NCBI GenBank assembly: GCA_965215505.1
Contig: OZ244065.1
Location: 3,872,001 to 3,936,000, forward strand
Length of the DNA: 64,000 bases
DNA from: Capsulimonadaceae bacterium
Lineage (GTDB): Bacteria > Armatimonadota > Armatimonadia > Armatimonadales > Capsulimonadaceae
Direction: 5' to 3'
Below the pieces are notes generated by a model, which saw only the letters and a program-made list of their open reading frames with translations, was not told the DNA's origin and did not search any database. The position numbers were made by a program, and so were the translations under genes. The stretch's first letter is position 1. Every line of letters starts with the position of its first letter. Below, in pieces: positions 19,163 through 28,678 of the stretch.

Positions 19163-20401
19163 TCACGCCTTGGTCAGCACGGCCTCGTTCTGGAACAGGC
19201 GCGTGGCGAGCAGCAGGGCGGCGGCGGCGTAGACCAGCGAGGCCAGGAAGGCCAGCGCGATGAAGCCGGCGTCGTAGCTGCCGCCCAGGGCCTGCTTGAT
19301 GATCAGGGCGGCGTTCAGGATGGGCACCAAAGCCAGGGTGCGCGGGACGTCCGAGTTGATCGCCATGGACATGACGGCGGGGACCATGATCAGGCTGAAG
19401 AGCGGCCCGAGCAGGGTCTGCGCCTCCTTCTGGTTGCGCGCGTAGGTGGACACGGCGAGCAGCAACCCGGCGAAGAGGGCCGACAGCGGCAGCAGGGCCA
19501 GCCCGATGACGCCGATGGCCGCCCCGCCCAGCCGGACTCCCCCTGAGGCCAGCCAGGCGTAGGCGTGCAGGCCGCTGCCGAAGGAGATGCCCAGACCGGC
19601 GATGGTCAGGATGCTGCTGATGAGGCAGACGGCCACGACCACGCCGAACTTGCCCAGCACGATGTCCCGGCGCGAGGCGGGCGAGACCAGCAGCGTCTCC
19701 AATGTCCCGCGCTCCTTCTCCCCGGCCACCTGGTCGAAGGCCGAGTAGATGGTCCCGCTGAAGGCCGAGATGATGAGCAGGTAAGGCAGCAATGAGGACA
19801 GGACCAGCAGGCCCGCGCTGCCGCCCGACTTGATCGGCGTGTCCGTGACGCGGAACGGCGCGGCGAAGCCGGGGGGCAGGCCGCGCGCCGCGACCCGCCG
19901 CGCGACGACCGCCTGGCTCACGGCGGCGAAGAGGGCGCGCAGCCGGGCGGCGGCGGCCTGCGAGCCGGTGTCCCCGGCGTCTTCCAGGATCTCGACCGGC
20001 GCGGCGTCCCCGGCCGCCAGCCGCGCCTCTAGCTCGGGCGGCAGCACGACGGCGGCGTCCAGGCGGTGCGTCCCGATCTGACGCTCGGCGTCGGCCCGCG
20101 TCGTGGGGACGAAGCGCAGGCGCGGCGCGGACCGGAGGAGGGCGGGGGCGGAGGCCGGGCCGATGACGCCGACGGCGTAGGTGTGGGCCTGCGTCTTGGC
20201 GGCCTGGCCGCTGAACAGGATTCCCATAAGGGCGAACAGGGCGGGCGTCAGCAGGAGCGGCCCGAGGACGACGGCCATGACGGTGCGGCGCTCGCGGAAG
20301 GTTTCGCGGAACTCCTTGCGGAAGATGACGCCGATCAGGCCGGCGGGCCGCGCGGTCTGGGTGCGCGCGGCTGGGGGGTGTGGAATTTGTGAGACGGTCA
20401 T
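19163..20401 (-). CDS. natB: ABC-2 exporter permease, NatB-like
   Basis: IFRKEFRETFRERRT, AGEKERGTLETLLVSP..R..IVLGK and ARNQKEAQ; multiple TM helices. Confidence 0.85.
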   Translation of the reverse strand: MTVSQIPHPPAARTQTARPAGLIGVIFRKEFRETFRERRTVMAVVLGPLLLTPALFALMGILFSGQAAKTQAHTYAVGVIGPASAPALLRSAPRLRFVPTTRADAERQIGTHRLDAAVVLPPELEARLAAGDAAPVEILEDAGDTGSQAAAARLRALFAAVSQAVVARRVAARGLPPGFAAPFRVTDTPIKSGGSAGLLVLSSLLPYLLIISAFSGTIYSAFDQVAGEKERGTLETLLVSPASRRDIVLGKFGVVVAVCLISSILTIAGLGISFGSGLHAYAWLASGGVRLGGAAIGVIGLALLPLSALFAGLLLAVSTYARNQKEAQTLLGPLFSLIMVPAVMSMAINSDVPRTLALVPILNAALIIKQALGGSYDAGFIALAFLASLVYAAAALLLATRLFQNEAVLTKA

Positions 20402-20434
20402 GGGTTCCTCGCCGATCCGGGCAGGGCTGATGGT

Positions 20435-20570
20435 CACGGGGCTGAACCCCCGTGCTTCGGTTAAAGCAACTCCCCGCCTCCGCGGGCATGGGAAAGAGCC
20501 AGAGGGGACAGAATCTTCGCCCTTACCCTCGGGGGCTTGCACTCTTACAGCACGGGGGTTCAGCCCCGTG
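20435..20570. repeat. Inverted pair of short hairpins between natA and natB
   Basis: CACGGGGCTGAACCCCCGTG (20435) and the inverse CACGGGGGTTCAGCCCCGTG (20551). Confidence 0.7.
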
Positions 20571-20584
20571 GGACTCGTTCCCGC

Positions 20585-21328
20585 TCAGGCGTCGGGGTCC
20601 TCGCCGATCAGGCGCAGGAAGGCGCGCTCGAAGACCCGCTCGCCGGATTGGGCGCGCAGCTCCTCCGGCGTGCCGACCGCAACGGCCCGCCCCTTGTAGA
20701 TGATCGCGATGCGCTCGCACAGGGCCTCGACCTCGCTCATGATGTGGGTCGAGAAGACGACGGTGCGCCCCTCGTCCCGGCAGCGCTTGATGAAGCGGAT
20801 GATGGTACGGGCGGTCAGCACGTCCAGGCCGTTCGTCGGCTCGTCGAAGAACAGCACGGGCGGCTCGTGCAGCAGGGTCCGGACGATGGCGACGCGCTGC
20901 TTCTGGCCGGTGGAAAGCTTGTCGCAGCGGCGGTCGGCGAACTCGTGCATGTCCAGCTCGGTGAACAGATGCTCCCGCCGCCGCTCGGCCTCGCCCGCCT
21001 CCAGGCCGTGCAGCTCGCCGAAGTAGGAGATCACCTCGCGGGGCGTCAGGCGCTCGTACAGGGCTGCCGAACTGGAGATGTAGCCGATGGAGCGGCGCAC
21101 GTCCGACGCCTGATGGGCGACGTCGAAGCCCGCCACGGTGGCCGTGCCGCCAGTCGGCTGGAGGATGGTCGCCAGCATCCGCAGCAAGGTGGTCTTGCCG
21201 GCCCCGTTCGGGCCGAGCAGCCCGAAGATCTCGCCGGGCCGGCAGGACAGCGAGACGTCGTCCACGGCGGCGACCGCGCCGTGTTTCTTATCCTGAAATG
21301 TCTTGGACAGCCCGTGGGTCTCAATCAT
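20585..21328 (-). CDS. natA: ABC transporter ATP-binding protein, NatA-like
   Basis: [13 protein letters not shown] signature, FFDEPT and STH. Confidence 0.88.
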   Translation of the reverse strand: MIETHGLSKTFQDKKHGAVAAVDDVSLSCRPGEIFGLLGPNGAGKTTLLRMLATILQPTGGTATVAGFDVAHQASDVRRSIGYISSSAALYERLTPREVISYFGELHGLEAGEAERRREHLFTELDMHEFADRRCDKLSTGQKQRVAIVRTLLHEPPVLFFDEPTNGLDVLTARTIIRFIKRCRDEGRTVVFSTHIMSEVEALCERIAIIYKGRAVAVGTPEELRAQSGERVFERAFLRLIGEDPDA

Positions 21329-21428
21329 GTCTCGCCTCCAAGAAATAAGACACGGCGCGGCCGGAAAAGTTGCGGAGAGGATGCTAAAGGATCAGGCACC
21401 CTGCACGAGCCTAGCCCGGCCCGCCAGT

Positions 21429-21676
21429 CCCCGGCCCTGAAGGGCCGGTCTGTTCCCAGCTTCGCCGGTGGGCCGCCCCTCCGGGGCTTCGGAGGTGTGG
21501 ACGGTGGTCGGTGGGCTGGTTGCCGATGGCGGGGGGCGCGGCAGGAGAGGCGCGGCAGGACAAGAGGGCGCGATAAATCGCGCCCCTACGATGCCATCCG
21601 AACAATGCCATCCGAAGCCCCGAAGCGGGCGGCCCACCGGCGAGGCCGGGAGTAGGCCGGCCCTTCAGGGCCGGGT
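21429..21676. repeat. Composite REP/BIME-like element (two inverted long modules around a GTAG REP)
   Basis: Forward module 21429-21493, AGGGCGCGATAAATCGCGCCCCTAC at about 21565, inverted module 21611-21676. Confidence 0.85.
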
Positions 21677-21681
21677 TCCTC

Positions 21682-22512
21682 TTAAAACCGCAGCGACACG
21701 CCGCCGCCGTAGAACTGGACGGGGGCGTTCCCGCCTAGGCCGCGCCCCGTGCCGAGGTCGAACTGGAGGTTCTGGCCGACGCGGTAGGTCAACCCCCCGT
21801 CCGCGATGGGGGAGGGCGGGCCGCCGACGGGGGCGTCGTAGTAATAGTCGCCGTAGACGGAAAGCACGCCGGTCAGGGCGTAAGTGACCTGGCCGGTGCC
21901 GGTGTAGTCGGTGACACGGCCCCCGTTCTGGGTGGGGTAGGAGAGGATGAGGTTGGAGGAGAGGCCCCAGCGTGCCCCCGAAGTCGTCTGCCCGTTCAGG
22001 CTCAGGACGGGGTCCACATGGCCGCTGGTCGTGACGGCGGACCGGACCGGGATGGAGAGGGAGGGGGTGAAGGCGAGTTTCGTGTTGCCGTCCTTGCTCT
22101 GGTAGAACTTGTACCGAACGCCGACCGCGCCGTCGCCGAAGCCGGCCTTGCCGCCTGAAGGCCAGACATAGTTCGGCAGGACCACGCGCAGCTCCGTCTT
22201 GTCGTTCAGCCCCGTCCGGAGCAGGGTTTCCGGCGCGTCCGTGGCTTGCCCCTGTCCGCTGTCCGCGCTGTACTTGGTGCGCGTCGTCCCCAGTTCGATC
22301 TGGACATGGCCGGGCGCGACCGTGTCACTGCCGTTCGTAAAGCCGGGCCGGTCGGGGGTCAGCGCGCCGCCCGAGTCGGCGGGGGCGGCCTTGGCCGGGC
22401 CGTTCGACCCGCCCTGGTCCGGCGCGTCGGCGGCGAAGGCGGGCGTCAGGGGCAGCAGTGCGCCGGCGAGGAGCCAGCCGAGGAGCCGGCAGGGCCGGTG
22501 CTTGTGCGTCAT
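21682..22512 (-). CDS. Outer-membrane beta-barrel 'transporter' (Phenol_MetA_deg-like family)
   Basis: Signal peptide, TPDRPG...TV..G..QIELG motif and C-terminal LRF. ATGA overlap with the upstream gene. Confidence 0.8.
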   Translation of the reverse strand: MTHKHRPCRLLGWLLAGALLPLTPAFAADAPDQGGSNGPAKAAPADSGGALTPDRPGFTNGSDTVAPGHVQIELGTTRTKYSADSGQGQATDAPETLLRTGLNDKTELRVVLPNYVWPSGGKAGFGDGAVGVRYKFYQSKDGNTKLAFTPSLSIPVRSAVTTSGHVDPVLSLNGQTTSGARWGLSSNLILSYPTQNGGRVTDYTGTGQVTYALTGVLSVYGDYYYDAPVGGPPSPIADGGLTYRVGQNLQFDLGTGRGLGGNAPVQFYGGGVSLRF

Positions 22513-23192
22513 GTCGTCTCCATAAGTCTCAGCGAGCCGATGATGAGGAGGTGCTTGGGACGGTCCACGCGCCACAGCCACGGACGGCTGTCGAAGAGCG
22601 TGATCAGCGCGGCGGGGACCGGGTCGGGGTCGGACCGGGAGGGGCCGATGTCCAGGATCATCTGGCCGTTCGGGTCGAGCCGCCAGCGCAGCGGGGCGGG
22701 GACCGGCAGGGCACCCCCCCCTCCGTCCCAGAAGAACTCGCCGCCCCCGTCCGCCTGGAAGGTCAGCCGCAGGCGACCGCCTTGTGCGGAGGGCCCGGTC
22801 TTTGCCGTCTCCCAGACGCCCACCGGGGAAGAGGGTGCGGGGCGGGCGATCTGCGCGTACAGGAAGTACCCCAGGGTGAGGGCGGCCAGCGCCAGCAGGG
22901 CGGATGCCACCCGCCCGCGACTCAGCCTCGGGGGTGTCGGAGGGGCGGGCATCGGCGGGTCCGCGTGGGGCGCGGGGCGCGGGGTGAGTGGCGGAAGCGT
23001 GAACTGCATCGTCCGGTTCAGCGCGGCCTCGTCGGTGATGACCGCGTCCGCCGGGGTCGTTTCCAGCCCGGTGCCCAGGCCGGTCCGGAACCGGTGCCCG
23101 CAGTGTTCGCAGACCTCGCGGTCCCGGTAAGTCATGGTCCGGCAGCGCGGGCAAGACTTCCCCTCGCGCGTCCCCGTCTCCGGCGTGTTCAT
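22509..23192 (-). CDS. Zinc-ribbon / single-TM / extracytoplasmic-domain protein
   Basis: CPRC...CEHC, Pro-rich linker, one TM helix, then PVGVW. TAAACT lies 6 nt upstream of the ATG. Confidence 0.75.
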   Translation of the reverse strand: MNTPETGTREGKSCPRCRTMTYRDREVCEHCGHRFRTGLGTGLETTPADAVITDEAALNRTMQFTLPPLTPRPAPHADPPMPAPPTPPRLSRGRVASALLALAALTLGYFLYAQIARPAPSSPVGVWETAKTGPSAQGGRLRLTFQADGGGEFFWDGGGGALPVPAPLRWRLDPNGQMILDIGPSRSDPDPVPAALITLFDSRPWLWRVDRPKHLLIIGSLRLMETT

Positions 23193-23279
23193 GCCGACAG
23201 TTTACCAAAGACGGGCGCGAAAAGCAAGGGAAAAGAGGCTTTGGCGCTGAAGGGCCGGGCCGGGGGCCGGCATTCCTTG

Positions 23280-23308
23280 TTGACAGAGCGCCTGCCTCGT
23301 GCTATAGT
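23280..23308 (+). promoter_or_regulatory. Sigma70-type promoter
   Basis: TTGACA-17 nt-TATAGT with an extended -10 TG. Confidence 0.7.
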
Positions 23309-23438
23309 AAATCGCAATGGCTCCCCTTGAACCACTGCTGCGAACGCCGCACCAGCCAGATTTTCCGCCGGCCTCTTCCGGCGGGACAGAAGCCCGCGCG
23401 GGGGGGAAGCTGAGCGGACCGCTCAGAGGAGAAAAAAG

Positions 23439-23879
23439 ATGCCGCTGGAACAGATGAAACGCGACGCCGACCGCACCATCACGCACAACATAGACTGGTT
23501 CACGCCGGAAGACGAGAAGAACCTGGTGGGCACCCTCCTGATCACGATGATCGCGGAGCCGATGCTCGTGGAGTTCCTGAAGGCCATCGCCTCCGAAGGC
23601 GGGAAGCAGCTCTTCACCTCGGTGCTGCACTACTTCCAGGGGCGCGGCGCGCACGCGGCGGCCCCGCCCGAACGGCCCGCCCCCGGCGAACTTGAGGCCG
23701 CCGCCGCCGCCGCCTACCGCGCCTCGCAGGGGATGAGCGCCGAGGAACTGAGCCGGAAGATGGACACGATCACGGCCACTCTGAAGGAAAGGCTCCAGGC
23801 GCTCATGCCCGAGGAAGTCGCCGCCGGGATCGCGAACGACTACCGGACCACCGTCGTGACGAACCTGAGCGCGGACTGA
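23439..23879 (+). CDS. Hypothetical helical protein
   Basis: GAGGAG upstream, host-like codon bias, first gene of an apparent three-gene operon. Confidence 0.75.
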   Translation: MPLEQMKRDADRTITHNIDWFTPEDEKNLVGTLLITMIAEPMLVEFLKAIASEGGKQLFTSVLHYFQGRGAHAAAPPERPAPGELEAAAAAAYRASQGMSAEELSRKMDTITATLKERLQALMPEEVAAGIANDYRTTVVTNLSAD

Positions 23880-23886
23880 GGCACCT

Positions 23887-25161
23887 ATGGAAACGACTGG
23901 CCCGAACAGCGAAGCGGCGTTCCAGGAGTGGATGACGGACGGACAGGTTTCGTGCCGGGGCATCATGGCCCTGTGCCCGGAGGGGGCGGAAAAGAGCCTC
24001 CAGGTCGAGGCGTTTTCCGCCGAGCTGGAGGCCGACCCCGCCGCGAAGGCGCGGGCGGCGCGCGGCCAAGCGGACTTCTGGTTCTGCCTCGTGGACCGGG
24101 GGCAGAAAGGGTACGTCTGCCGCCGGGACGACCACACCGGGGCGTGGATGGACTCCGAGGAGGCGCTGCGGCAGGCCGGCATCGATCCCGCCGGCCTCCC
24201 CGTGCTGGAGATAGACCGGACGCGGCACACCGTCCCCGCCGCCGTGGCCTCCTTCCGGGACAGACTCCAGGCCGCCCTGGCGTCCGCCCAGGAGTTCACC
24301 CAGGACGAGCGGCAGGGGCTGACCGCGCTGTGTCAGTGCCTGGGGATGGTCCTCGGGGCCTGCCGGGAGGGGTACACGGACAGCATGACGGCGGACGGCC
24401 TCAAGACGCTGCTGCCGGCGTTCTCCCCGCAGGCAGGCCCCCAGGTGACTCTGGCCGAGAAACTGGACGCCCTGGAACAGATGCGCCGGAGCGTCCTGCG
24501 GATGCGCGCGTTCTTCACGGCGGACGTCTTCCTGACGGCGCGGCTGAGTCTGTTCCCCGCCCTGCTCGCGGCCATCGCCGACCGGATGAAGGCTGAGGGG
24601 GCGGAAGAGTGGCAGACCGCCATGCAGCTCACGCGCTTCTTCCTCACGCCCTACTCCGAGGGCGTCTCCGACCCGCCCCGGCTGATCCCAGGCCTGGTCG
24701 AGAAGATGTCCCGCGAGGGGTACGGCGGCCTGGTCGAGTCCCAGGCGAAGGGCCACCTCAGCGCCGGGATGTCCGCCATCGAGGACGCGCTCAACTCGGA
24801 CGACCTGGACGACTACGGCGCGCGCCTGTACGCGGCGACTCACGAGTGTTTCTCCGCGAGTCACCTCTATGAGATCCTCGACCGCGACGCCAAAGGACAC
24901 CCGGATCGGCCGGGCGGCCGGTGGTGGGCGCAGTCGTCCAAAGTCGCCGAGGAGAAATTGGTCCGCTGCACGAACGCCCTGTTCCGCCTGTCCGATGCCC
25001 CCTTCCTGGGGGCGCTCGACCGGCACCGGAGGCGTGTCGCGGAGGCCTACCGGGTCGGCGGGGACGACGCGCGCACCGCCGCCGTCAGCGACCTCATCGA
25101 GAACAACTATTTCTATCCGCGCTGCTTTGAAAGCCGGCTGATGGAAGCGCCCTCGGGATAA
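23887..25161 (+). CDS. Hypothetical protein
   Basis: 424 aa, GAGG upstream, 7 nt after the previous stop; no family recognised. Confidence 0.75.
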   Translation: METTGPNSEAAFQEWMTDGQVSCRGIMALCPEGAEKSLQVEAFSAELEADPAAKARAARGQADFWFCLVDRGQKGYVCRRDDHTGAWMDSEEALRQAGIDPAGLPVLEIDRTRHTVPAAVASFRDRLQAALASAQEFTQDERQGLTALCQCLGMVLGACREGYTDSMTADGLKTLLPAFSPQAGPQVTLAEKLDALEQMRRSVLRMRAFFTADVFLTARLSLFPALLAAIADRMKAEGAEEWQTAMQLTRFFLTPYSEGVSDPPRLIPGLVEKMSREGYGGLVESQAKGHLSAGMSAIEDALNSDDLDDYGARLYAATHECFSASHLYEILDRDAKGHPDRPGGRWWAQSSKVAEEKLVRCTNALFRLSDAPFLGALDRHRRRVAEAYRVGGDDARTAAVSDLIENNYFYPRCFESRLMEAPSG

Positions 25162-25176
25162 GAAAGACACACAGCC

Positions 25177-26463
25177 ATGACCAGAGTCGTCATCATCGGG
25201 GCGGGGAGTCAGTTCGGGGGGAAGCTCTCGCGAGACATTTTGGCCTTCCCCGCCTTGCAGGACGGGGCGGTCATCGCTCTGTGCGACACGGACGCCGGGA
25301 AGCTGGCGCGCGTGGCGCATTATGTGCAGAGGATCATTGACGGGCATAACCTGCCCGCCCGCGTCGAGTCGTCCACGGACCGAAGGGCGCTGCTGGAAGG
25401 GGCAGATTTTGTTGTCGCTTCCATCTCGGTGGGCGGGCCGGCCTACGCCGGCTTCCCGTTCACGTCTGAGCTGAACCTGCCGTACCAGAAGTACGGCCTG
25501 AGCCAGTCGGTCGCGGATACCATCGGGGTGGGGGGCGTCTTCCGGTTCCTGCGGACGGCCCCGGTGCAGGCGGGCATCTGCCAGGACATGGAGGAGCTTT
25601 GCCCGGACGCCCTGCTGCTCAACTACACCAACCCGATGGCGATGCTGACCTGGCTGCACTCGGCCTCCTCCAAAGTGGCGAACGTCGGCCTGTGCCATTC
25701 GGTCCAGGGCACGTCGCGCGAGCTGGCCCGGTATCTGGGCGTGCCGTATGAGGAGCTGACGTACTCGGTGGCGGGGATCAACCACCAGGCGTGGTTTTTG
25801 AAGCTGCGGCAGGGGAAAGAAGACCTGTACCCGCGCCTACGCGCCTGCCTGGACGACCCGGAGACGCTGAACAAGGATCGGGTGCGGTTCGAGATGATGC
25901 GCTTCTTCGACTACTTCGTCACCGAGTCCACCAAGCACTGCTCCGAATACCACCCGTACTTCCGCCGCACGGAAGAACTCCGGGAACGCTATGGCCTGGA
26001 ACAGTGGATCGCCTCGGAACAGGAGAGGGCGCGGGAGTGGACGCCCGACGATGCCCCGCTGCCGACGCTTGAGCTGTCCGGCGAGTACGCCGCCGAGATC
26101 ATCCACGCGATGACGACGGGAAAGCCGTTTGCCTTCAACGGCAACGTGATGAACGACGGCCTGATTGACAACCTGCCGGACGGCTGCTGCGTCGAGGTGC
26201 CGTGCCTGACCGACCGGACCGGCGTTCATCCCTGTCATGTCGGGGCTTTGCCGCCGCAGCTCGCCCACCTCAACCTCTCCAACATCGCCGTGCAGGAGCT
26301 GGCCGTCCGGGCCGTCCTGGAGCGCGACCGCCGCCTGGCCTTGCAGGCGTGTCTGCTGGACCCGCTGACCCGCAGCGTGCTGTCACTGGAAGATACGCAG
26401 GCGCTGTTCGAGGAGATCTGGGCGGCGGAGGAGGGCCTGCTGGCCTATTTCAAGGCGGGGTGA
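25177..26463 (+). CDS. melA: GH4 NAD+-dependent alpha-galactosidase/alpha-glucosidase
   Basis: IIGAGS, GADFV, DT.G.GG.FR.LRT, CPDA.LLNYTNP, GLCHSVQ and GINH. Confidence 0.85.
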   Translation: MTRVVIIGAGSQFGGKLSRDILAFPALQDGAVIALCDTDAGKLARVAHYVQRIIDGHNLPARVESSTDRRALLEGADFVVASISVGGPAYAGFPFTSELNLPYQKYGLSQSVADTIGVGGVFRFLRTAPVQAGICQDMEELCPDALLLNYTNPMAMLTWLHSASSKVANVGLCHSVQGTSRELARYLGVPYEELTYSVAGINHQAWFLKLRQGKEDLYPRLRACLDDPETLNKDRVRFEMMRFFDYFVTESTKHCSEYHPYFRRTEELRERYGLEQWIASEQERAREWTPDDAPLPTLELSGEYAAEIIHAMTTGKPFAFNGNVMNDGLIDNLPDGCCVEVPCLTDRTGVHPCHVGALPPQLAHLNLSNIAVQELAVRAVLERDRRLALQACLLDPLTRSVLSLEDTQALFEEIWAAEEGLLAYFKAG

Positions 26464-26522
26464 GAGTCCACAGCAGACCGAAGAGAAGGTGGTCGGTGCG
26501 GGGGAGCAGGGGGGCCGTTGGT

Positions 26523-26668
26523 CCCGGCCATAAATGGCCGGTCTGTTCCCGGCTTCGCCGGTGGGCCGCCTTTGGACAACGCACCGCCGACAGCGGCCTC
26601 TGGGCCTCGTAGGGGCGCACCTGGGTGTGCGCCCTCTTCTCCTGCCGCGCCCTCTTCTCCTGCCGCGC
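26523..26668. repeat. Composite REP-like element
   Basis: CCCGGCCATAAATGGCCGG-TCTGTTCCCGGCTTCGCCGGTGGGCCGCC and GTAGGGGCGCACCTGGGTGTGCGCCCT. Confidence 0.8.
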
Positions 26669-26725
26669 CCCCGTCACCCGCCCCTTACTGCCGCTCGCGC
26701 CGGGACGCCTCGGGCCGGGTGCGGC

Positions 26726-27046
26726 TCATGCCGCCCGCCGGAGCGGCACGGCGGGTGGCGCCTCTTGCCTCTCGAACGGCTCGGGGTCGCCCTGCTGGTA
26801 CTTCAGGTACATCGCCAGCGCCATCCGCGTGCAGTCTTCCGCCGTCTTGTGCCACGAGGCGCTTTGTAAGGCGTCCTCCCCCACTTCCGGGAAGTCCACG
26901 GAGAACACGTCCACGGCGTCTTCCGACTCATACTCGGCGACCAACGCGGCGGACGCCCGGCGCGCGTCGGCCGCCGAGAAACACCAGACCTGTCTGGGCG
27001 AGCGCACCGCTGCGGCGCTGCCGGACGCAGCCATGACGACGATCAT
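26726..27046 (-). CDS. Hypothetical protein
   Basis: ATG 27046 preceded by GAGGAAGAG; GC-rich third positions over this stretch. Confidence 0.6.
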   Translation of the reverse strand: MIVVMAASGSAAAVRSPRQVWCFSAADARRASAALVAEYESEDAVDVFSVDFPEVGEDALQSASWHKTAEDCTRMALAMYLKYQQGDPEPFERQEAPPAVPLRRAA

Positions 27047-27412
27047 GATTTTTCTCTTCCTCATCCCACGTTGGATGCAAGTGAATTTCGGGCCACTGCC
27101 CGGAAAAGGGGCGCTGGGCGCGTGAGATGCGCGGCAGGCGAGTGAGCGCGCCCGCGCGTCTTGCGGCCTCGGGCAATACCGTATTAATATGATATGGAGA
27201 TTATAACCAGAAACAGTAGTGGTAATACAGGATTTACAGCACAATAATTACGGAGTGGTTACAAATATTTGTCTGTAAGACAGAAAACGTATAAAAAAGA
27301 GTATTGCAGGGAGAAGGATAAAAACCGGCGTAACTGTGGAACAAGACGGAAAGAGGAACCACGCCCTTCGGGGGCAAACCGGGGGACCTGAAAGATCGAG
27401 AGAAAAGACGCC

Positions 27413-28525
27413 ATGCCCCTGACCTGCCCTCACTGCCAGATCGTCCAGGCCGAAGGGAATGAAACCTGTATCAACTGCGGCCAGTCTCTGACGCCCGCCA
27501 GGGCGATCGCGCCTCCGGCGGACGCCGTGCCAGATGTCGTCGCCGAAGCGGCGACCGCGAACGTGCCCCTGGCGCGGCGGACTTCGTGGCGGCTGCCCGC
27601 CGGGATCGCCTTCGGCCTGCTGCTCGCCCTGACCGCGACGGCCTTCTTTGCCGCCCAGCGCGGGTCGGTCCGCCGCCCCGCCCTTTCCGTACCGGCTCCT
27701 CAGCCGGCCCCGGCCTCGCCCGCGCCGGGGGCCGCCCCCCCATACCCGGCCCCGGCGTCCGCTCCCGCCCCCGTGCCGCCCCCGGTCACGCCCGCGCTCC
27801 CGGCGGCGGAGACGCCCGCGCCGGGAGCGGGGACCCCCGCGCCCGGAGCCGCGAAGCCGCCCGTTCCGGCGGTGCCCCCGGCGGCCACTCCTCTGACGGT
27901 CACGCTGGACTCGACGCGCGAGGGGCGGCACGTCAAGGTCGGCGAGGACGTGACGCTGACCGCGCTGGCGCGCGGCCCCTGTGCGACCCTGACGCTGTTC
28001 TACCGGCGCGGACGCGCGGGGAAGGCCATGCTCACCTTCGTCGAGGGCAGCCTGTGCAGCACGACCTGGACGCCCGCCGTCCCCGGCCGGTACGAGTTCA
28101 CGGCGACCGCCCTCGGCGACCGCAAGCAGTCCGCTGCCTCGCGCCACGTCGAGATCACCGTGGATGCGCCCGCCGTGCCGGTGGAGGCGCGGGCCGCGCC
28201 GGCACAGTCGCCGCCGCCTGTGGCTGCCAAGCCGGTTCGCGTGGCCCCCATCCCTGTCGTCCCCGTCCCCGAGGGGGAGCGCCGAGCGGCCACGACCTAC
28301 CACGTCGCCGCCGCCAAGTTCCCGTTCCTCCGCAACGCCACCGTCCTCGCCGACGCCCTCAGCCGCCGCGGTTACGCCGCCGTGCCCGAGCGGATGGACG
28401 ACGCGCACGGCAAGACCGTTTATGTGGTCGTCACCGGCGCTTATAAGCGGCCCGGAGAGGCGCGCGCCGCCGCCCTGGTCTTGCAGCGCAGCGGCTACCC
28501 GGCCTACTTCTTCGGCAGCCGCTAA
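27413..28525 (+). CDS. Zinc-ribbon / TM / Pro-rich / Ig-like / SPOR-domain protein (paralog 1)
   Basis: CPHC...CINC, TM helix, Ig-like WTP..PGRYEFTATA, and C-terminal SPOR-like YHVAAAKF..NA..LA..L...GY...YVVVTGAY. Confidence 0.8.
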   Translation: MPLTCPHCQIVQAEGNETCINCGQSLTPARAIAPPADAVPDVVAEAATANVPLARRTSWRLPAGIAFGLLLALTATAFFAAQRGSVRRPALSVPAPQPAPASPAPGAAPPYPAPASAPAPVPPPVTPALPAAETPAPGAGTPAPGAAKPPVPAVPPAATPLTVTLDSTREGRHVKVGEDVTLTALARGPCATLTLFYRRGRAGKAMLTFVEGSLCSTTWTPAVPGRYEFTATALGDRKQSAASRHVEITVDAPAVPVEARAAPAQSPPPVAAKPVRVAPIPVVPVPEGERRAATTYHVAAAKFPFLRNATVLADALSRRGYAAVPERMDDAHGKTVYVVVTGAYKRPGEARAAALVLQRSGYPAYFFGSR

Positions 28526-28678
28526 CGCGCCCCGTGCCGCCCTCCGCCGCCTGCCAGTCGGAAGTATAGGATGTCCTAAAAGATTCGTAATCGGGCTTGG
28601 AAAAAGAGGAACCCAAACACCCGAGGGCGAATAGGAAAATGCCCGGAAGCCTCGGGCTAGACCTTGTGGGTGAAACCG

